Source: a virus
Taxonomy: Duplodnaviria > Caudoviricetes
Length of the DNA: 31,483 nucleotides
Direction: 5' to 3' (one strand)
IMG/VR virus record: IMGVR_UViG_3300044724_006585
Coordinates: 1-31,483 of that record
A model generated the notes under the pieces. That model saw only the letters and a program-made list of their open reading frames with translations. It was not told where the DNA came from and ran no database searches. Below, piece by piece: positions 26,122 to 31,483 of the stretch. The translations under genes were made by a program, and so were the position numbers. How positions within the stretch are numbered: the first letter of the stretch is position 1; each line of letters opens with the position of its first letter.

Positions 26122-27204
26122 ATGGCGGTACTTGGAATTGATGGAATTGTTCGACTGAGAAGAGAAGCGCCGCTGCCTATTGTTGTAAGCTCTTCAGTCC
26201 TCAGGGCCGATATTAACGCTCTTGTTTTAAATAATCAAGATTTCTGGTCAGGGGATGAGGTCTATCTTTTTTCGCAAGAAGGGCTTCCTTTGTCAGGCCA
26301 GTGCTCAAACGGCTCTGCAATGTATGCAGGAGGATTTCTTGAAACAGGCCCTAATCGTTCTCACATATCAGGCAATGATGATTTCTTCTACAAAAGAGGC
26401 GTAGGAGAAGATTCGAGTAATTTTTACTGTGGAATTGGAGTCAAAAGTGCGGAATATTTTATTTATAGGGATTCCCTGAACAGGCTTAGCTTCTATACAG
26501 ATTATTGCTCTGCTGTTAACGGTGGGTCTATCAATAAAGTGGACTTGGCTCAGTACGATTTCAACTTTTTGTTAATTGCTGCGGCAGGTACTGAGGAATA
26601 CAACAATGCTCTAACCGAATGCGTCTCAGGCGTCGGAGATTACAGATTCAGCGACGTTAGAGATGAAGTAACGCTTGAAAGTATTTGCGACTTTGCCCCT
26701 TCATATCAAAGCCCTGCTGCAGGCACTGCTGAGTATGATGACGCGGACCTTACTCCAAGGAGTGCGGTAAACGGTTTTCCTTGGGTGTTGCAATGTGAGT
26801 TAGCTGAATGGTCTCTTGAATTAGACGGGGCAGCTGTTGATACTACTCAGGTTGGCGAGAAATTTGGCGAAAATGTAAAAAGTATTATTACAGGTGGTGG
26901 AAAGTTTGATTTCCAAGTTGGAGAGGTAGGGCATTCGCCCGCTAGCGGCGACAGGGCTGTTGACGCAAGCTACTTGCTTCAGCTTCTGCAGTTAACGGAG
27001 CGTGGCGCGAAGGCTGAAGCGGAATTTTGGTTAATGCAGCGAAAAGTTAGCGATGCGTGCAGTGTTTTGGCTAGAGGTGGGCTTTATTACGCTACAAATA
27101 TTTTGATAACGAACATTGCGGTGAACGTCAGGGCTACGGATGTCATCGTCGGTTCTGCTAACTTCGCGACATCTGGCGAGATTGCATTAAAAGTAGGAGT
27201 ATAA
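26122..27204 (+). CDS. Tail-tube-like protein with a large inserted domain
   Basis: N-terminal MAVLGIDGIVRL and C-terminal EWSLELDGAAVDTTQVGEKF..NVKSIITGGGKFD...SANFATSGEIAL align by eye with 25719-26117; ~200-aa acidic, Cys-containing insert between them. Confidence 0.55.
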   Translation: MAVLGIDGIVRLRREAPLPIVVSSSVLRADINALVLNNQDFWSGDEVYLFSQEGLPLSGQCSNGSAMYAGGFLETGPNRSHISGNDDFFYKRGVGEDSSNFYCGIGVKSAEYFIYRDSLNRLSFYTDYCSAVNGGSINKVDLAQYDFNFLLIAAAGTEEYNNALTECVSGVGDYRFSDVRDEVTLESICDFAPSYQSPAAGTAEYDDADLTPRSAVNGFPWVLQCELAEWSLELDGAAVDTTQVGEKFGENVKSIITGGGKFDFQVGEVGHSPASGDRAVDASYLLQLLQLTERGAKAEAEFWLMQRKVSDACSVLARGGLYYATNILITNIAVNVRATDVIVGSANFATSGEIALKVGV

Positions 27205-27236
27205 TGACTAAAGTGGGACAAAGAGCATTCGGTTAA

Positions 27237-30200
27237 ATGGCAATCGTTACACCGGGTCAGCCTGGAGCTATTGACAATATTGACATTAGTCAAAACACGT
27301 TCCGTACTCAGGTTGGTGAGGTCACCAGCGCGGTGTTGCGTCTTGCTGGCGGAGAAGTGGACTCAACGTCTACGACAACGCTTTACGTTAACCAAGAAAT
27401 TGGTTCTGACAAATTTGTTGCGGGTATCGCAGACAATACGGTAACTCCTCCTCTAAGCAATCAACAGCTTACTTGCGGCTACTCGGAGTCAGCGCCCTTC
27501 AAGACCCTCAATAGGGCGCTAATTGAAGCAGCTCGCCTGTCTGTTCAAAGCGGAGTTGGAAATGATTTGTATGACCGTGTTGTAATCAGAGTCGCGGCCA
27601 GCGAATACGTTATTGATAACACTCCGAGCACAGGTCTAGCTGTGAGCCAGTGGCCTAATACTTATGAGCCTACTGAAGAAGACCTAAGAGCTTTTAACTC
27701 TGACGACATGGGGATTATTCTCCCAAGAGGAGTTTCAATTATTGGTGCTGACCTTCGCAAAAGCGTTATACGTCCCAGGTCTGTGCCAAGTGCAGGCGGC
27801 AATCCAGTAACCGACAGAGGCAGCTTATTCAAGACCACTGGAGGTTCGTTCTTTTTTAATTTTACCTTTAAAGATTCTCTCAATTATACTTCGTCTCATC
27901 ACTTACTTCAAGCGTTTTCTTTTTGCTCTCAGTCAGATTTAGTCGCATATTATCAAAAAGTTGCAACAGTATTTGGAATTCCTTCTTCTGACGTTGAAGT
28001 TATAAATCCAGGCGAAACACAAATTACCACCCAGTACCCTGACAATCAGGTTTCAGCTGCGACAGATTCTGTCAATGGCAGTTCTGGGTACGTCTTTAAT
28101 TGCAGCTTGCGCTCCAATTACGGCATGTGCGGCATGTATCTCGACGGAAGCGATGGTGTCTCAGGACTGCGCTCAATGGTCGTAGCCCAGTTCACAATTG
28201 TTTCGCTTCAGCGTGACATGAACGCTTGGCAGATTTATACAGGAGGGTCTTGGCAGACTTGTAGTGGATACAGTGAGTACATAAACGCAGATAGTAATGA
28301 TGTAAGATCGCGAATCTCTGGAAGCTTTTCTGCTTCTACTGGAAACTATGAAACTGATTATAGAAGTTTTGGCTTTAAGGTTACAAATAACGCTTTAACG
28401 CAAGAGGTCAGCTGTTTTGTTATCGGCTCAAGCGTGCATCACTGGACTTCTTCAGGCGGAGAATGCACTATTACCAATAGTAATAGCAATTTTGGCAACA
28501 CAGCTTTACTTAGCAGTGGTTTTAGAGGTATTGGAACAACAGGTGGTGCGTTCGCTCAAGACAAAGGATTCCAAGCACTTCGTGTCCGTAGACCTCTAAA
28601 AGTAAAAACAGATGGAAGCAACATTCGCAGAATCGGAATTGGTAACGTATCCAGCTTGGGATACGACAGTGCAACAGGAACTATTAATCTACAAGTTGCT
28701 TTTGACCCAGAGACAACTTTCGCTAACAACGGGTATAGCTTAAAAGAAGGAGACTATATTTGGATTGAAAATAATAGCCGCACTGAGGGGCCAGGGGCTT
28801 CATTAAACCAAGCAATTGATGTACGTGCAAAGCTGGCCTCTGTGCCTTTTAATTCGGCAACCCCTACTCAGATAATCGTTGTTGATGGAGGTATTGACGA
28901 CCCTAGCGTAAACAATATCTCAACCATTTCAAACCAAACTTTAGAAGGTAACCGTGTTTACATCAGAAGGCTTTCTGACACTAGGAAGCCCGAAGAACGT
29001 GAATATTCGTTGATTGTTTCTGGTAGCTCAACAACTCGCAGACCTGTAGGGAATTACATTTTACGCTTAGGAAACCGTAGTACCCTCAACCAACAACTAG
29101 ACCCTGCAAACAATTCAAACGAGGTCTTTATTGTTTCGACTTCAAAAGACTCACACGCCTCTTTTGGCAGCGATGTTTATAAAATTGTTATCCGCCCTGG
29201 AGATAGCGCATCTTCTTTCAATTCTTCTACTTTTTACAGAGTAGGAACTCCTGTTTCAAGAAATAATAGAGTGTTCCGAAGCAAAAGAAACAAAAGATTT
29301 AGCACGTTTTCCACTGAAAACTTTGAGGCAAGCTTACCAATGCTTCCTGATGAAAGAGGTGTTGAACTTTTAAGAACATCCTCGGGACCGTTGTTAGTTT
29401 TAGATAGCGACTTGTCAAACAGTCCTACAAGCACTGACCTTGGAATAAATCAATCAACAAACACCTTGATTCTTGATCAAGTAAGGAGCAGCACTGATTT
29501 CCAAGGCGTAAGTTCTTTTATGAGAGCCATTGGGTACACAGCTCAAAATGTTGGAATACAAGAAAACGGAACACTTTCCGGGACTATTCTTGAACAACAA
29601 GATACAGAAGCATCGAGAGATTGGAACCCTGCTGATCCCCTCAGCCCTGTCCCTTCTGGGAAAATCGACTCTAGGACAAACTGGCCACTAGAGTTTAACC
29701 GACCAAGCCTTATTAGAGCTTTTGCGCACGCCTATGAATTTGTTGGATATGGAAACTACACAAAAGCGTTGCCAAAATATCAAGCAACACCATTGTCTCA
29801 GCAAAATAAAATTGATTATTTTGCGGTGAATTTATTAGGCGGTCGCTGCTATAACACTGGATTCAACGAAGATGGCCTTTTAGTCCAAGGCAACGTAATT
29901 ACGGACCTTGGCACCAACCAAACTGTAAATAGTGAAATTGCTGGTTTGGGCGCTTTAGCCGGAGACCCTGATTTCCCGGCAACTCCTACTGATTTTGAAA
30001 CTTTAAACGTTACGCAGCTTTTACAGTCTTCTCAGCGTACAGAGTTGACTAACGAGGTGCTAATTAATGGAACGGTTGAAGGTTCCGTCACATTTGCAGA
30101 TGGCGTATTACCTGAAGCGACAGAAACGCAAAGAGGTGTTGTTAAGCTTGCAACTGACTCAGATGCTGCAGGAATTAGCAGCCCATCAACTGCAAACGAT

Positions 30201-30857
30201 GTTGACGCTTTAACAGCAAAAAATCTCGGCTCTGTGCGTGGGGTGGCAGATGGTCTTTGCGATCTGGATTCGACCGCCAAAATCCCAGTGGCGAGGATAC
30301 CCGACCTAGATGGTTCTGGTCTGGTTCAAAACGCTTCTACTACGGTCAAAGGTATTGTTGAGCTTGCTACTGGTGCCGAAACGCTTGCGCTAAGTGATGC
30401 AACCAGAACTGTAACTCCATCGTCACTAAGCAGTGCAAGAGGTGTCGCGAACGGTTTTGCAAGCCTGGATGCAACAGGTCTTGTTCCAGTAGCGCAGATT
30501 CCTCCAGTAAATCCAAGCGATGTTATCAAGCTAACGCCTGCACTGTGGGTAAACGGTTCAGCGACTAATTTTGACAATTCAACAAACTTTACTTTTGTGC
30601 AAAACGCAAACACGGCTGCGATTGATTTAGGAACACCGCTGAATGCTGTACCTGGGACTTCTGGATTTATTTTGGTCACCAGAGGAGTCTCAGCTACTAC
30701 GCCATTTACCTCAATCAATGGAAGCAACTGGTCTGGAGTGGTTAATACATTTGTGAGCCCAATAACCAATTCAGAAGGACTATCAGGAACCGTGTTGATC
30801 GGATACTATGTTGCAACTTCAACCAACATAGTTTTCACCGCCTCTATGGTTGCTTGA
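27237..30857 (+). CDS. Large tail fibre/spike with beta-helix (pectin-lyase-like) domain and fibre repeats
   Basis: LYVN..IGSD, PFKTLNRAL.EAAR, ILPRGVSIIGADLRKS.IRP, YVFNCSLRS.YGMCGM, SMVVAQFT, ITNSNSNFG; C-terminal ATETQRGVVKLAT / ASTTVKGIVELAT and GVA.G...LD....P...IP repeats. Confidence 0.78.
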   Translation: MAIVTPGQPGAIDNIDISQNTFRTQVGEVTSAVLRLAGGEVDSTSTTTLYVNQEIGSDKFVAGIADNTVTPPLSNQQLTCGYSESAPFKTLNRALIEAARLSVQSGVGNDLYDRVVIRVAASEYVIDNTPSTGLAVSQWPNTYEPTEEDLRAFNSDDMGIILPRGVSIIGADLRKSVIRPRSVPSAGGNPVTDRGSLFKTTGGSFFFNFTFKDSLNYTSSHHLLQAFSFCSQSDLVAYYQKVATVFGIPSSDVEVINPGETQITTQYPDNQVSAATDSVNGSSGYVFNCSLRSNYGMCGMYLDGSDGVSGLRSMVVAQFTIVSLQRDMNAWQIYTGGSWQTCSGYSEYINADSNDVRSRISGSFSASTGNYETDYRSFGFKVTNNALTQEVSCFVIGSSVHHWTSSGGECTITNSNSNFGNTALLSSGFRGIGTTGGAFAQDKGFQALRVRRPLKVKTDGSNIRRIGIGNVSSLGYDSATGTINLQVAFDPETTFANNGYSLKEGDYIWIENNSRTEGPGASLNQAIDVRAKLASVPFNSATPTQIIVVDGGIDDPSVNNISTISNQTLEGNRVYIRRLSDTRKPEEREYSLIVSGSSTTRRPVGNYILRLGNRSTLNQQLDPANNSNEVFIVSTSKDSHASFGSDVYKIVIRPGDSASSFNSSTFYRVGTPVSRNNRVFRSKRNKRFSTFSTENFEASLPMLPDERGVELLRTSSGPLLVLDSDLSNSPTSTDLGINQSTNTLILDQVRSSTDFQGVSSFMRAIGYTAQNVGIQENGTLSGTILEQQDTEASRDWNPADPLSPVPSGKIDSRTNWPLEFNRPSLIRAFAHAYEFVGYGNYTKALPKYQATPLSQQNKIDYFAVNLLGGRCYNTGFNEDGLLVQGNVITDLGTNQTVNSEIAGLGALAGDPDFPATPTDFETLNVTQLLQSSQRTELTNEVLINGTVEGSVTFADGVLPEATETQRGVVKLATDSDAAGISSPSTANDVDALTAKNLGSVRGVADGLCDLDSTAKIPVARIPDLDGSGLVQNASTTVKGIVELATGAETLALSDATRTVTPSSLSSARGVANGFASLDATGLVPVAQIPPVNPSDVIKLTPALWVNGSATNFDNSTNFTFVQNANTAAIDLGTPLNAVPGTSGFILVTRGVSATTPFTSINGSNWSGVVNTFVSPITNSEGLSGTVLIGYYVATSTNIVFTASMVA

Positions 30858-30859
30858 TT

Positions 30860-31483
30860 ATGGTCACTGCAGTACCCGCTTTTTTTGGTAGCAAGGCTCA
30901 AACCCGCAAGCCTTCTGCTGTAGATTTGACTATTCTTTTTGACGAATCAGGTTCTAATTTTAACTTTATAGCTGCTTTCAAAAATAAAGCAAACATTACT
31001 GCAATTGAAAACTCTTTAGTAGCAGAGGGTGTTGGTGTTGGAACTGATTTAAATAGATATAGGATTGGCGGCTTTCTGCGTGCTTTTTATGCGGACTTTA
31101 ATGCGTCTTCTCAGAAAACTTTTATCAATAGCGGCGAAATTCAAAACGCAGCCTGGGGCCAAAACGACGCTGGTTTTGAATACGGGGAAAACCAAGAAGA
31201 CGAAACAGGAGCCATTTTCGCTGCTTCGCAACCAATTTTCGGTTTAAATGCACCGCAGGACAACCTTAGACCTGTAGGTAACAATATTGGTCGAATTACG
31301 ATTTCACAATCAACAGAAGAGAGTGCTGGCGTCTACAACGGTTCAGGTTTAGATGCACTTATGAGGACCAATGAAAAACAAAGATTAGTTTTTATTGACG
31401 GGGGTCGCGATCAAGAGCCGCAATGCAGTGATTTGCAACGATTAATTACTATAGGCACTGTTCCTAGCGGGTCTAGGGTTTAC
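30860..31483 (+). CDS. vWA-domain protein, truncated by the window end (absent from the ORF track)
   Basis: ATG 2 nt after the previous stop; open for 208 codons to the edge: MVTAVPAFFGSKAQTRKPSAVDLTILFDESGS..., a beta-strand followed by a DxSxS MIDAS motif. Confidence 0.72.
   Translation, partial: MVTAVPAFFGSKAQTRKPSAVDLTILFDESGSNFNFIAAFKNKANITAIENSLVAEGVGVGTDLNRYRIGGFLRAFYADFNASSQKTFINSGEIQNAAWGQNDAGFEYGENQEDETGAIFAASQPIFGLNAPQDNLRPVGNNIGRITISQSTEESAGVYNGSGLDALMRTNEKQRLVFIDGGRDQEPQCSDLQRLITIGTVPSGSRVY

Noticed and set aside
596-31247. The many 60-150 aa alternative-frame and minus-strand ORFs nested in long genes (e.g. 5297-5677, 10202-10570, 15993-16334, 30326-30769, 31065-31247)
   Set aside because: They overlap well-supported + strand structural genes almost entirely and show no recognisable motifs.
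1-31483. Complete DGR (RT, Avd, template repeat), integrase, invertase or transposase
   Set aside because: No RT (YxDD-type) or recombinase ORF was recognised, and intergenic gaps are too short or show no similarity to the LRR unit; any such machinery would lie outside the window.

Overview
The window is the virion morphogenesis operon of a lambda-like long-tailed (siphovirus-type) phage or prophage, all on the + strand. The host is probably cyanobacterial; this is inferred from recalled resemblance of the tail-tip proteins to cyanophage proteins and was not verified by a search. Gene order: GC-rich 14-bp tandem repeat, AT-rich tract, candidate cos region, terS, terL (GpA type), gpW-like head completion protein, lambda-type portal, Tudor-like+protease+major capsid fusion, two small head proteins, head-tail joining gene copy 1, a 6.2-kb cassette of six fibre/adhesin-like genes, head-tail joining gene copy 2, tail terminator, tail tube, G/GT chaperones with a -1 frameshift, a 1591-aa tape measure, tail-tip/hub genes, two extra tail-tube-like genes, a large beta-helix fibre and a truncated vWA-domain gene. 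The main signal is the cassette bracketed by the duplicated joining gene. It ends in a 10 x 72-bp LRR array whose variable codons change almost only at positions 1-2 of AAC/AAT-like codons, resembling DGR adenine mutagenesis. No reverse transcriptase or template repeat is visible in the window. All family assignments come from motif recognition by eye.
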